Shown: positions 24,007-38,017, counted from the whole stretch's first letter. The stretch is 63,871 bases of DNA, filler included, from Rhabdomonas costata (GCA_019059605.1; 54 parts of 54 records of this genome joined end to end with filler, not necessarily neighbours in it); one strand, 5' to 3'. Program-made: numbers and translations. Notes: generated by a model from the letters alone, not told the origin.

Positions 24007-25048
24007 GTGCGGCTTTCTCCACACTTGTCTTGCCCTTTGTGTGCTCGTACCACTGCCTTCTGCCCGCTTGAGCATGAGTCATGGTTGTGTGAAAAATAGA
24101 GCGGGTTACTTTTGATTATACCCGCAGGTACGAGGTCGAGTTTGAGTTTGAAATGTGAGTTTAAGGGGACACCTGAAGCGTCTGGTGGTGGTAGTGGTGG
24201 CGTTGTTGCACACTCTGAGACAGATATAGGTATGGCGCTTGGGGTATGGGTAGGAAGAAAAGTTGCGTTGTTAGCGGGCACTCTCTGTTGTCGGACCTGC
24301 CTTTTTCTCTGCCGGGGCAAGACACCCAACGAGTGTGGGAGACGGACTTCGGTATCCAAGTCCCTTGCTTTGACAGTCTCTAGAGAAGTTGGGGCAAACT
24401 CACCCCAAAATGTAGCGCCAAAGGAGGCTAGGGAAGAATTATGGAGGAGAATGTTTGCATGGAAGGTTGGGTGCTGAGCTTTGTTGAAGGGATTTGTTCG
24501 ATCCTGTCTGCTCTTTCTTCTGGTTGTGTTCAAGTGCTCGAGTGGGCCACTCACGTTTCGGAAGAGGCACGAGGTTTTTGTTTGCTTCCTCAGAAGTCCC
24601 GCCTGGGCTTTGTGATGATGATTGTGGAGGATGTGCTATGCCACAGCAGGGCCCTCGCGAAGGTTTGCGCGGTGGGCTTTGCCCCGCTTCCAGACATCGT
24701 CGCCTCTGGGCCCGTCCTGGGGGCCTCCTCCTCCCACGCCGAGATGCCCATGCGCACCGTTTCTCAGCCCACACCCCNNNNNNNNNNNNNNNNNNNNNNN
24801 NNNNNNNNNNNNNNNNNNNNNTTAATTAATTAANNNNNNNNNNNNNNNNNNNNNNNNNNNNNNNNNNNNNNNNNNNNTGTGGGTTTGTATATTTGAGTAT
24901 TTCTGATGGTGTATATTATGTTAGCGACAAGTAACTTCATGGTATTCTCTCGCTTCGTCACCGCTTCTTGACAGCAAAACTTTGGGTGGGGACTGAACAA
25001 GGGAGGAGGGGGGGGATGTAACAGGGGGAGAGGTGTAAGGAAACAGAC

Positions 25049-25840
25049 TTTCGGAGTCCGTGAAGCGCTGCCGCGCACGAAGTCGCAGTGCCTCGTTGGG
25101 CTCAATGACTTGAGCCCTAATAGTCTCCATGATTTCCACCTCGACCCGAGGGAAATACGTCCCAGGCCCTGCGCATTGCCCCCCACTCTACCACTACAGC
25201 AAAAAAAAAACTCCCAACATCCTCGGATGCACCCGAAAAAAATGCTGTGTTTCGGGGCTCCTAAACCATTCCATGCGGTCATAGCAGCCAATATCCTCAA
25301 CTGAACACTGTAATTACAAAACCGCAGTATGGACACAAAGCGAGGCGAGGGTTTAAAATGTAATTGATTTTCCAAGTTTTCAAGTTTGGCAAACACATGA
25401 CAGTTTTCTTCAGAGAAGCGGCTTGTGAATAATTCGCAGCACACCCTCGAAGAGCCACTCGTCACCAGCTTGTCGCTTGGTGCCATCCCCGTCGGTGAAA
25501 TCTCTCGTAGCCTGCAGTCGGAGAGCCGTCTTCTTCTCAATCACTGTGAGAAGAGCAGGTGCGAATGCACACCCCAAGTGTGAAACCGACACCCACACCC
25601 TGCAACTTTTGGCGAGGGCTACAGATGCCACAATTGGCCCTAGCCCTTTGCAGGTCGCGCATGCCGAAATTGTACAGGAAACACCTGGACAACGACACAA
25701 CTGCCAGCACCTCCGTCCCGAAAAGGAAAAAACAGGTCCACCTCGGAGCTTGGAAACAACGTTTCCCTCGGCGTCCTCGACAATCTGCTCGCCCGGAAAG
25801 AGCGGAAAAGGGTCCTGCTCGAAACGAATCTCCTCCTCGC
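25049..25840 (-). CDS. MVP: Major vault protein, repeat region; exons 25840-25742, 25543-25445, 25168-25049
   Basis: [15 protein letters not shown]...|[65 protein letters not shown] matches MVP repeats; both introns are GT-AG and in phase. Confidence 0.95.
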
Positions 25841-27247
25841 CTGCACAGTCCCACCACAACACCAGAAACACCACAGAAAGTAACGACGGACAGCTGGTAG
25901 AAAGGGTTCGACACACATTTCCCTTCACAGTGAAGCAAATGCGCCCAGCGTCCAAAAAACAANNNNNNNNNNNNNNNNNNNNNNNNNNNNNNNNNNNNNN
26001 NNNNNNTTAATTAATTAANNNNNNNNNNNNNNNNNNNNNNNNNNNNNNNNNNNNNNNNNNNNGTGTGGTGGTGAGCGTGAGTTTGCGTTCACGTCAGTCG
26101 TGTACGCGCATAGCAACACTGCAAACTGCAACATTGCAAATCCCCGTTATTCTTCGTCTTCGATGGTCCCTACCTCTATCACTTTAACACATCGCCAGTG
26201 ACGGACTGGCGCCGCGCGACTGGATGGTATGATTCACGGTCGACTATTTTTGTTCACCTGAATTGCCCGCGTTCACGCTGTCCCTGTGCTGGTGGATTGT
26301 TGGGTTTTATTTTGTCTGGTGCATGGCGATATATGGGGACGTGAGGGGGAGGTATTTTGGAGTGTTCTCTTGAAGAAAACTGCATCGCCCTTGGTGCACG
26401 AGGCGCACAACCCTCCCTTGTCAGCATCGCCAGAAACTTACTTACCCCTGTTTGAATTTACAAGTGACTTTCACACAAAAACTGTGGTGGCCCAGAAGCA
26501 ACTGCCCGCGAAAAGTCCTGAGCACGTTTAGGGGGGGGGTTCACGATACGCTGTTGTCAGCAGGGGGACATTCGTCTAACTATTTATCATAACCGCTATC
26601 TCTCGCGAGTGAAAGGGAGAGGACCTGCTACGACATGTGCACATTGCGCGGAGGAAAAGTACAATAAAAAAAGATTACCGAAAACACGGGCCTACGCCCT
26701 TTACCACAGCACAGCGTTGACAGCGGGCTTCACTACCTGAATTCCCTTGCCTTTTCCCTGGAGATGCGCAGACGGAGAGAAATAAATCACACACAAATTC
26801 AAGGCAGTGAGACTACGGAGTCCCTTCAGCAAGTGAGCACGACGGCCTCACACATTGGGGGGGTGGGCGAAGGGGCACGATACACTTCCACAACAAACAG
26901 CCTGTCGAGTATCCAACAGAGAACAGAGGAGAAAAACAAAAAACACATACGGGGAAGTGAGCTACGCAACCCCTTCAAGGGAAAAACACACACACGGGAA
27001 CAGTACAGGCGGCACTCACGAGAAAATCATACATCCAAACCAAACCCCAACTGACAACGTACAACTTCTTTTCCACACCATTGCCCCTTGACCACATCAA
27101 ATCCATTTAGTCAAAGCATTTCTCCCAACACCCCCCAAACACACCAANNNNNNNNNNNNNNNNNNNNNNNNNNNNNNNNNNNNNNNNNNNNTTAATTAAT
27201 TAANNNNNNNNNNNNNNNNNNNNNNNNNNNNNNNNNNNNNNNNNNNN

Positions 27248-28076
27248 GTGGGTGTTTATTTTCACCACGCGGACCTCCGCAGCGGCTCCACCACGGCCAC
27301 CGTGCACCTCACCAACGGCTCCTTCGACACTATCAGCGACCTGGGGTGGATCTCCGGGAACCTCGTGCTGGCCGTCGGCGCGGTGTCCAGCCACTGGGAG
27401 GCCCGCGTGGTGAAAATGAACACCCAGAGTGGGGGGGCCGGGGCGGCGTGGTCTTCCCTGCTCAGCGTGCCGGCGTGCCTGTCTTCGACCGGGGCGATGA
27501 TCTGCACAGGGTGTGGGTCATCCCCTGCCCACGTCGGCGCTCTGGATAGGGCTGGGTGCCAATTAACCGTCAACGTGTTTTGGGTGCAGAACGACGTTTT
27601 TACTCAATTCTGTGGGCGTGCGTTTTTTCGTAAAAGCCAAAGCAAAGCAATCTTTGTAATCCGAACCCGAATGTATCATCGACAGTTTCTGGTTGGTTCA
27701 GAATTTTCTGGCTTTGCCAACCGGTCCTTTATTTTTGTGTTGCTGGCCTTTTGCGGCGATAAACGGATGAAATGGGACCAGCCCTGCAATGGGAAAAGCC
27801 TGTCATTGGTTGTGCTTCTTGCCGTGCAGCGTATAAAGGCAATGTTAGTTTGCACAGCGGGGTGAAGTGTGCGCAACGGGAGAGCCTTGCTCCACGAAGC
27901 CCGTTTGCCCCTCACAAACACGCTAACCTCTGTCCCTTCATTCAAGACACACATGTCCCATGCTGGAAGGGGGGGGTATTTTCAGTGCTGTGATGACGCG
28001 CGTGAACACCACAATGGCGGTGCTAGCCCTGACCACGACTGTGGGGGCGGTGCTGGTCTCTGTGGACATCTCTCAG
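27248..28076 (+). CDS. Beta-rich hypothetical (possibly extracellular) protein, exons 27248-27510 and 27986-28076
   Basis: GC3-rich exons join in frame (GG|T) across a GT-AG intron; no family recognised. Confidence 0.6.
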
Positions 28077-29616
28077 GTGTGCCTCTCGTGTGCAGAGGCG
28101 TTTTTCGTTATCGCGCAAACGCTGAATTGTGACTGCTCTCTGTTGGCTACTGGGGACTCTGCGTCTTGGCGGTGGTAATTTTTGATTTCTATTCAAGGCT
28201 GCGTGGTTTTTGTTTTTCCCCTTTCCGCAATGGTATCCCCCACATCTGCCGAAGGGTGGTTTCCGTTACCGTGCCTGTTTGAGTGAAGCGGCAGCAGTCG
28301 AGAAGGATGACTGTACATTCCCAACCCCCACNNNNNNNNNNNNNNNNNNNNNNNNNNNNNNNNNNNNNNNNNNNNTTAATTAATTAANNNNNNNNNNNNN
28401 NNNNNNNNNNNNNNNNNNNNNNNNNNNNNNNGGGGGTGGTGCGTACGCAGCGTTTCGCCATTCATGTGGGGCACAGCTCCGTTAGAGATTGTTGACGTGA
28501 ATGTGTCTCTGCGTGCTGCGTGCCTCTCACCCATGGTCTCTGCACCCCCCCCCCCCCCCGCGCGTATGTAACCACACATATGAACCCTTACACAGTCAAA
28601 GTTGAGGCGGCACCCCCTGACAGAAGCCCCTTGAGGCATTGCCGTCGCCGGATGTGACGACGAGTTGTTGTTGCCTTCGTGCGGGCTTACTGACTTTTGA
28701 AATTTGTGGAGAGAGGGAGGCGGTGAAGGTGTTGGGAAAAGGAGAGGAGAAGTTGCGTGGCATATCACGCCTTCCCGATAAGGGATTCGAAGTCGAATGA
28801 GGGGCGGTGGGGTTCGAGGGGCAGCTGAAAAGGGTATATTCGTTAGTTTCGATGTTTCGGTCGGATTTTCTTTTGTTTGGGTTTCACGCAAGTTAAGTCA
28901 TACACGACTTGTGGGCCCTGGATCCCGGATGGAGGGCGATGTAAGTGTCTCCCTGAATTGTTGGTTTGACCAAAGGAGGTCATAAAGAAATGCATGTATC
29001 CCCTGGAGTATTTCCAAGAACTTCGCAAAGATTGTTAAAATTTGGTTCTTCATTAAACATTACCTCAAACGAAGTGAAGGGGGGGGGCACCTTTGCCAAG
29101 TGGAAAATGTCCTTGGCGACACCGCTGCGCTTGAAAAAAAGCTTTGTGGGGTTTCCGTTCAGATGTTGTTGGTTTTTACACTGTGGCATTTCTGGGTGGA
29201 TATCTTCGATTTCACTGCGGCTTGTTCCCCAGATGCCTGTGAAGAGTCGGGCATGCATTGGATCCGCACGCGTTGAACTATCGCTGTTCCAGGATGGAAT
29301 CAGCTCCGTTTCCTCCATTCTTTTTCCCTGCTGATGTCAACCTTTCTCTTCCTTTGAAAGTGCCTGCTTTTGTAATCCCGCGGGTGTCAACCCAATTTCT
29401 TTCGTGTCCGTGTTTCTAAAAGTTGCTCCTTCCCTGTGAATAGCGGCATCCCCTCCCTTCCTATCACCACCTGCGTACTACCACTTAGATACACACACAC
29501 CCTCCACACCCCCACANNNNNNNNNNNNNNNNNNNNNNNNNNNNNNNNNNNNNNNNNNNNTTAATTAATTAANNNNNNNNNNNNNNNNNNNNNNNNNNNN
29601 NNNNNNNNNNNNNNNN

Positions 29617-30331
29617 CCCGAGGCCGACTTGACCCCGCAAGCTGCGCCTTTGGGATCGGACTCCGAGAAGATGCCGAACGAGGAGGAAGAGGCTGAGCAG
29701 CCGTTGGGCAGGCAGCCCGCAGCCGTGTCAGAGGTTGTTGAGGCCTGAGAACAGTTGTTGGTTATCGATTGCATTGCCTTATTTCCCGACCTACCTCTGT
29801 GTGTACCCCCCTCTCTCTCACGCGCTCACTGTTCGGATGAGATACACTGTCACCTGTCTGTGTGTACCCCTCCCCTCTCATATATATGGATGTGCTTGAG
29901 CTTTCGCCTGTGTCCTGTGCCTGTGTGCCTGTGGGGGGATGGGGCGCGAATGGGGTTGAAGTGAAGCCGATGTGCTTCAAGAGTGGCCAGAGCACATGGA
30001 CCACACACGCGCTCGCTGTTCGGATGAGATACACCGTTACCTTTTCCCGCAGTCATCCTTTCCATCGAGGCCATCTAGGTCCATTCAGGTTGTGTTGTGG
30101 TTTCCAGACACACCCAGTTGGGACGGAATGCTCCCCGAAGCCGAACCCGCCCCACCGCTCCGATCGCTCCGATGAGACTGTTCCTGCTCCCGACGCGGAG
30201 AGGTGGCCTTCTGAGGCCGCTGCTCCCGCTATTCCACCCACGAACCCACCACTCACCAACCCACTGGCCTCTCGCCGATCCCCGCCGCCGCCGGGGACGA
30301 GCGCCTCTGCGCCGCCGCTGTCCTCGTCTGT
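29617..30331 (+). CDS. Low-complexity Pro/Glu-rich hypothetical protein, exons ~29617-29733 and ~30108-30331
   Basis: Open frames joined by GAG|gttgtt...ttccag|ACA; borders approximate. Confidence 0.45.
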
Positions 30332-32119
30332 TGGCACGTTGCCCTGCTCGCTTTGGGAGCACCACGCTTTTTGCTTGGGAAAAGGGCGGTGCAAAGACTG
30401 CAATGGGAATGCCAGGGCAGTACAGCAGCACCTCTACCTGGCTAACTGCTGGCACGGCCCTATTAGGGATATTTCTGTCTTCAATATGAGACATGTGAGG
30501 TTGACATCCATAAATTCCTTTGTCACACTCCGCTTTCGTCATTGCGGAGGGGCACGCACTCTTGCCCAGGCGCGTTAGGCATGGCCTCAATAAGTGATTG
30601 CTCGAATTGGTGTGAAGTTAGAAAGTGTGAAAGTGTGAATTGTGATTTTGTGTTCAGTGCAGGTGGGGTTTTCTTCTTTGACAGGGAGGGTTGTGTCTGT
30701 TNNNNNNNNNNNNNNNNNNNNNNNNNNNNNNNNNNNNNNNNNNNNTTAATTAATTAANNNNNNNNNNNNNNNNNNNNNNNNNNNNNNNNNNNNNNNNNNN
30801 NGTTTTTGTTTTCGGATCGAAAATGCTTTTAAAGTACAATTCTAAAGAAATCAGGACAGTATTTTGTAATTTGACAAATATCAGTAAATATAGAAAAGGA
30901 CACGCACGGCTACCTTGCTAGTATAAGGTAGCCGTGGAATAAGGTTTCTGAACAGTGGCGTTTTTGCCGTGGAAATGCTTAGAAACAAGCGAACGCAAAC
31001 GCCCTTGACAAGGTCATGTTTACATTTCTGCTAAAAATTTTAAATCCAAACCAGATTCAGTAACAGGCGCGTCTGGGTGAAAGTCACTCCCACGGCTGCT
31101 GTCGAGACGGGGGCATATGAGGGTTTGACTTGAAACCTAAACGCAGCTCCAGCTCCAGCTGTCTTTGGGCTGGCGCTCCATGTTATCCGCATTTTCTAAC
31201 CGTGGTAATGGGACAACAGGGACGCTTTTCGAATGGAATGAGCGCGCTGGAGTGGAAACCTGGTCGCACCTTTTTGCGTACGTCGCGGATGGAGAACTCC
31301 AATGTATTCTGCGTGATCGCCCTCTTGATTTTTGTAAAGCATTAACGTTATCCTTGGCGCTTGGGGAATTAATGTCCTGCCCTCCGAAAAATGGTTGGCG
31401 GCTGTCAAACTCAGCTGCCATTGCTAGCTTATGGTAAAGAGCTCTAAAAACAAAAGCCCGTCTGAGCTTGGCTACGCGAGAAATTCGTTCAGGAGATCCT
31501 TTCATAGTCGAAGTTGGTCACATCAAACAAAAAGCGCAGATTCAAGAAACAATGGCTGATATCGGTGCCTATTAGGTGTGATTAATAGTTATCTCCACAA
31601 AGTTCAACGGTCGAAGTTAGTAACGCCCACATTCCCGACTTACTGCATTTGCAAACACGATGGTGCAAAGGACCTTCTTCACGCCTTCGTCTCTTAGCAA
31701 AGGACTACGTGAAAAAGCGTCAGCTCCTGGAAAGTGGGCAATTATCAAAGTGCTGTACAGCTGCAGATTTTACAACCACAGCACCTGGCGCGTGGATGGT
31801 AATGACATTAATTCTGTATATACCGCCAAGATGAATTGTAGCTAAAGATGTGCGCCTTTGAGCTTGTCATGCATGCCACCACCCCCNNNNNNNNNNNNNN
31901 NNNNNNNNNNNNNNNNNNNNNNNNNNNNNNTTAATTAATTAANNNNNNNNNNNNNNNNNNNNNNNNNNNNNNNNNNNNNNNNNNNNCTTTTACATTGACA
32001 AGGAGGGGTGAGTGAGTGTATGGGGAGGAGAAGGGCGGAGGAGAGGGGGAGAAAGGGTTGGGTCTTGCCGTGATCATTCGCGGTGATTAAGGCTGGGGGG
32101 TGGGTCCACATCGCGTTAG

Positions 32120-32751
32120 ATTTCAAGGAGGAGCAAGCCTCCGAGATCGAGGCGTTGCAGGCGATTTATGGCGAGGACTTCAAGCGTATGCCAGCCAACT
32201 CCCTTCTACGTTTTGTTGCGGGTGCGTATAAAAATGTGGCATAGCTTTCCTTTTCTACTCCCACCGTGCATGGCTCCCTAACCCGTGTAAATTGCGCCCC
32301 CCCCCCGCAGATGTACCGCTGGGAATCGTGTAAGGCGACCTAACCCTGTGCAAATCTTCCATTATCATAAAGCGTCAACATCCTCTAAATCTCTGGGGGA
32401 GTAAAAAAAGGAAAGCTGTGCCAAAAATGTATTACTGTGTTGGGAAGCGCAGCTCCTCACCAGCTTTTCCTGCCGCCATCTAGCGTGTACTGGACAGCCG
32501 TTGTCCTTGGGGTTTCAACGTGTGTGTCTGGCCTCTCTCTCTCTGCTTTAGCTCGTTTACCTCGCCATACTCAGCAGATGTATAGTATAGGGTCTCGAAA
32601 TCTTCACCTAGCGTTCTTTAAGCTGAGATAGATAGCTTCCTCCACACAGCCGCTCTGTTCTGCCTTGAGGCACTTTCGCTGGACATCTTTTTCTCTCATT
32701 ATGCAGGATTGGGCAACGATCGCTTTCAAGTCAACGTTTCTGATGGAAATG
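32120..32751 (+). CDS. RWD-domain protein fragment; exons 32120-32185 and 32707-32751
   Basis: DFKEEQASEIEALQAIYGEDFK|RLGNDRFQVNV matches the RWD EQxxExEALxxIY motif. Confidence 0.85.
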
Positions 32752-35700
32752 GTTTGAGCCCTCCCCCCTCCCTGTCGCTTCCTTTGTCATGCTCAGCGAG
32801 GCTACTGAGCGTTATCTATGCAGACAACATACAATAAATATGCTTTCTGACAGTTTTTGCACTAAATCCCGAACGGCCTGCCATCTTCTTGTTGTCATCA
32901 GCCAAGCAGGTGGATGAATTTCCGGGTCCGCGATGCACGTTTAGGGGAAGGGGAGAGTGAAATTCCTTTCGGAGCGGCTTGAACGTCACCGCCAATGAAG
33001 CACACATGCCCACATTGCACTTTCCACATTTTTCGCAGGCCACGCCGTTGGTCTGCTGGTGGAGTAAACCCNNNNNNNNNNNNNNNNNNNNNNNNNNNNN
33101 NNNNNNNNNNNNNNNTTAATTAATTAANNNNNNNNNNNNNNNNNNNNNNNNNNNNNNNNNNNNNNNNNNNNGTTGGTTGGGGGCACAAAGCAGCCTGGCG
33201 TGCTTTATACCGAAGTAGAATTCTCGACAAGAACAGACTGCTCTCTCTCTCTCTCTCTGACTTCCTGGTGTCACCAACTTTTCTTTCAACATGACATTCT
33301 GGCTATTTTCGGCAAGCGGCGTCAGCAATTTAACCCCGCCCCTTCCAATGGAAAAGAATATTTCTGGAGGTTGGGTGAGAGTCTAGAAGGACCTGTGTCG
33401 AGGAAGAGGGGTGATCTCGTGGCAATGGGCACAGACCACGTACGGGCCCCAGGACACCGTGGAGTCCTCTGCAGCTCCCGGAAGATGCTCGGCACAGTAC
33501 ACCGCACTGGTGGAGGGGTCAGAGCTGCCAGTGCTGGAGGCGGCTTTCACTGGCACAGCCGCAGCAACTGAACCTTCAGCCATTCAAGGGATGCCCACAA
33601 GGGAAACGTTTGATGGGTGGCGAAAAGGAGAACAGTTAAAGTTGAAACCGAGTACAGCAGATGAGGGAACAAGTTAAAACGCTGCAAAGAGAGATTACTG
33701 CGCCCAACAAAGTTCACTCTGTTCCTGAACCCACGCGACTAATTACTGCTCCGTTCCTCGCCTCAGCTGCGCAGTGGGATTTTGCGGCTCTGGGTTCAGT
33801 TCTTCACCGCCAAAGCCCACGGCCGGAATCATCGTGAGCAACAAAGGCAAGGTTAAAGCCAAGTAACACTGAGTTGAGCATCACTGCTTTCCAGGCGCTA
33901 ACTATCTCACGTTGTTAATCCGTTTGCCTCCGCCACACTCAAGCTCTTCAAATTCCGTTCAGTGAATCGGTCCATATATCTTTGCACTGCTAGAGTGAGT
34001 CCCACGAGCTATCATCAGATACTGCAAGCACTCTGGTACCCATCCACCACAAAGCTTCATGCAACTACCAGAACCACATGCACACATCAGTCAGACGTTC
34101 AATAACAGGCATTATCCGACATAGCACAGAGATTTCACGGAAACAACGAGCACGCTCTTCCGGCCGCTGGCCTTCTGGTAATTCTCGCAACCACCCAAGC
34201 ATCAAAAAGAGATCGCTGCGCTTTCCCAACTGCGTCAGAGCCTCCCCACACACAACNNNNNNNNNNNNNNNNNNNNNNNNNNNNNNNNNNNNNNNNNNNN
34301 TTAATTAATTAANNNNNNNNNNNNNNNNNNNNNNNNNNNNNNNNNNNNNNNNNNNNCCAATTATGCTCCAATGGGACAACCCATAGCCACCATTACATTA
34401 GTGCTAGAGATAAACTAGCATGATATTCGCTCGTGAAGGTATTGGTTTAGTCGCAGATGGGGCACCGGCAAACTCTAATGGAAACAGAAGGTGGGACAGA
34501 AACGCACCCACCTTTGGATCAATTAGGGGAAACCCGCGTTGCCGAATCTCACTGCAAGGATCGCGGTACCACTGCTCCATGTTGAGTGAGTGACCACAGA
34601 CAGCTTAAAACCCTTGCAAACTCACAAAAAATAGAAAACAAAAGTGGCAACAAAATCACTTTGCGCTGCATACAGAAACACCACGAAAATAAATGTGAAG
34701 TTGGAAATGCAACGCATGGGAAACCAAGAGAAGCGATTGGGAGACGTGAATCGTTTCCGGCACATACAAACATGCAGTTGCAGGCGAGTTATATGACTAA
34801 CGCCATTAGAGCATCCAACTCCCAAAGCCTCTACCTTGTTTCATAATTTTCAGGCCAAGGGTAATCTTGGAGGGCTCTCGGAGGAGTCGGGTGTGAGAAT
34901 CACAGTCCTCGCATTCTCACTTCACTGCTCAGTCGCTCAGCGTTTCAGTTACGTCCATATGTTTCTTGTACTGATGCCCGCAAATGCTCCCAACTCGATC
35001 TCTGCTGTCGCCTTTTCCAGCTCACACCCCCCCCTCTCTCCATCCGTCATGCTATCCTTCAGTCTGCCAAAACCCCGACAGGGCGACAGCCGCTCTCGTA
35101 GCAACGAAATACCCACAAGACACACAAGAGCAGTACAAATGGTAGTGCATGCGTGGAAAGAGCCCAAAGAGTCTCCCGCCATACGCACGCCATTTCCTGT
35201 TTCCATACTTCCCTCCTCCGCACAGCAAAGGGGAAAAGGAAAGACAAAAAGTCTTAAGCACTTAAAGGTGGGAGCAGGTCGAAGAAATTGAGCCCAACAC
35301 AACGCGTCCCAATGGAGAATCCCAAACTGGAGGCCAATCTGGAAAAAACCACTCTGGTGGAAGACTCACCAGGGAAGAACCTGCCCCAGGTGAAAAAAGC
35401 CTCCCGTCGGACCGTCGTCCGGAAGGGTGGCACCAACACCCNNNNNNNNNNNNNNNNNNNNNNNNNNNNNNNNNNNNNNNNNNNNTTAATTAATTAANNN
35501 NNNNNNNNNNNNNNNNNNNNNNNNNNNNNNNNNNNNNNNNNTGTTTGTGGTGGGGAAGAACGTAAACGCACGCGGAGGGGACCAAAGACACAGGCAGGCG
35601 CAAAAAGCGGACTGCACGGAAAAGAAAGATCTTCGCTAAATGCAAGTGCTTGGAAGCTGTACTTTTCTGCAGGATTTCTAAAAACTTCTTGTCGTGACTG

Positions 35701-36726
35701 AGTCAAGCGGGCTGGTAACCCCTCGAGAACCCCTTTCAACTCCTATGTTGTGCTTGCGGCCTCCAGAGAGATGTTCATGGGGACAGTATCGGACCTGGGC
35801 GGGTATGCGCCCCATAGCCATAGCACTCGACGGGACGCGGCGGTCCACATCGCCGAAGCGTTCTCTGTCGAGTTGGGTGCGAGCATCAGCGGGCAGAAGC
35901 ACAACGAAAGCTGAATCGGGCAGCAAAACGCTACGACGCATTAAGAAGGAGTTCGGTGAACCACAGCCCCGCAAAGTCTCCCAGTCTCCAATTTGGCAAT
36001 ATTAGTTTTCATAACGGGTACCATGAGTGTGGCAAAACGGTTGTGGTACACATGATGAATACAATAACACGTTCCAAAGATACTTATGACATTTCATTAA
36101 GACAAAATGGTAATGCTTCATGGACAATTCAGGTTGAAACGCAAGTCTAGAAAACAGAGAAAGCAACCCCACGAAAGGCAGCCAGACCTCCCATGTGTGC
36201 AGGTGTCAAGTTAGCCAGAGAAATACCAAGCATGCCCGCTCATGCTGAAGCATCAGTACACAGCAAGTATATCTCGTCCGCTGATTGAGGTAAGTCAAGG
36301 ACTCTCAGCACACGATTGGAGGGAAAGGGGAGTTACAAAACCGCGTGGCTTCGTTCGGTCAAAAGAAAACGAGCTCGGACCCACAACACAGAAAGGTAGA
36401 TAAGGTATGGGAAGAGAAAAAACCCTCTGGGGATGCACATCGAAAAGTATCAAATGAGGCTAGGCCACTAGGAAGAAAAGAAAATCGCGCGTGCTATGTG
36501 AGGATGGAACATCAACCCAATGGATACACCCTCTCGCAAGCAAGAGGCTGCATATATGCTGTGATGTGGGGAAAGAGGTATCAGTCAGCCCAGAAGGCGG
36601 ATGAGACCACCTCGGCCTGCAAATCGNNNNNNNNNNNNNNNNNNNNNNNNNNNNNNNNNNNNNNNNNNNNTTAATTAATTAANNNNNNNNNNNNNNNNNN
36701 NNNNNNNNNNNNNNNNNNNNNNNNNN

Positions 36727-37811
36727 CTTTGTGTGGTGTACCAAATGTCATGGCATGTGGACTTCACAATGATCTGAACTGAGCCAAGACCTTGTCTTGC
36801 ACCTCTGTAGACAATGCCATGGTTGATTTACCCTTAGTCTTTGACACGAAACTATTGGGGAATGATCTGGAAATCCTACTAACTCGAAATATTTACTCAT
36901 CAACTCTGCCTCCTCTATTCCACTCGATCATCAACTTATCGTCCGCACTGCCGACTTCAGTCTCTGCACCGCCTGTCTGAACGCCGTACCAGGCCCTCCA
37001 GGACTGAACCTCAATCGGTGAATGTTGTTCTCAGCATACCATCAACAACTCCGATCCACCTCGTTAATCATTCTGGACGGGTCATCAAACTCGGCTCTGG
37101 ATAGGTAATGTTTCGGACAGATCAAGGGGTGGACGTTGTAGACCGCAAAGTAAACTTTGTCTCCATCTGGAACTCTGTAAACTCACTGTCAAACGGGGCC
37201 TTTTCCACTTCATATGGTACTCTGCAAGAGAAACAAACTGCTCGAAGGTCCAGCTTTGACTCGGGTTACTGAAGTTATTACCACACCAAAACGGGTGCGA
37301 GTCCCAATTTCCACACATATAATTCAAAGTACTCCCTGTGTACACCGCTCCTCTCTGCCTTTTATCCACGTAACGGCCTCATAATGTGGAACTCTGGGTT
37401 CAATCACATCACTAGAGTATTCCGTGAATTGCATGTCAATCACCATAATTCTCTCTGAACTTTCTAAAACTTGGTATTTACAAAACCACCTCACCATGTC
37501 TGCCTCTTCTTTCACTTTTCTCTTATCTGTATCATCAAACCTACATCCCGCACATGTCTGCCACTCTTCTCATTCCACATCAACTGGATGTACCTCTGTA
37601 TCGTCTTCTTCTACAACTCCGCTTGTTGATGATGCAGGGGACGTTGGCACGACTGCTCTTGCAGCGGCCAAGTCCTTGGCCGGAACACAAGGGTACCCCA
37701 CTTCATAAACACACCCTGTGAAAATATTCAAGTGCTTCAGCATCATCACAACACTCTGTGGAGCCTCTCTGGAGCAATCCATTCTGAGAAATAACTTCTT
37801 CCCCACCAACC
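36727..37811 (-). pseudogene. Decayed intronless coding-like sequence, possibly of mobile-element or viral origin
   Basis: Lower GC than host exons; ORFs 37809-37570 and 37515-37324 are collinear in one frame across a TGA, followed by frameshifted pieces. Family not recognised. Confidence 0.35.
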
Positions 37812-37913
37812 NNNNNNNNNNNNNNNNNNNNNNNNNNNNNNNNNNNNNNNNNNNNTTAATTAATTAANNNNNNNNNNNNNNNNNNNNNNNNNNNNNNNNN
37901 NNNNNNNNNNNGG

Positions 37914-38017
37914 GTTTGTTGGTGGCAAGGCAGCAAATCGCAAGATATTTCCAGACTGTTAAGGTCCTTAAATCACGCGGAAATATCTTGCGATTTGCTG
38001 CCTTGCCACCCACAAAC
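37914..38017. repeat. Contig-terminal fold-back inverted repeat, 39-bp arms
   Basis: 37914-37952 is the reverse complement of 37979-38017; the single mismatch lies in the terminal G/T-only stretch. Confidence 0.95.
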
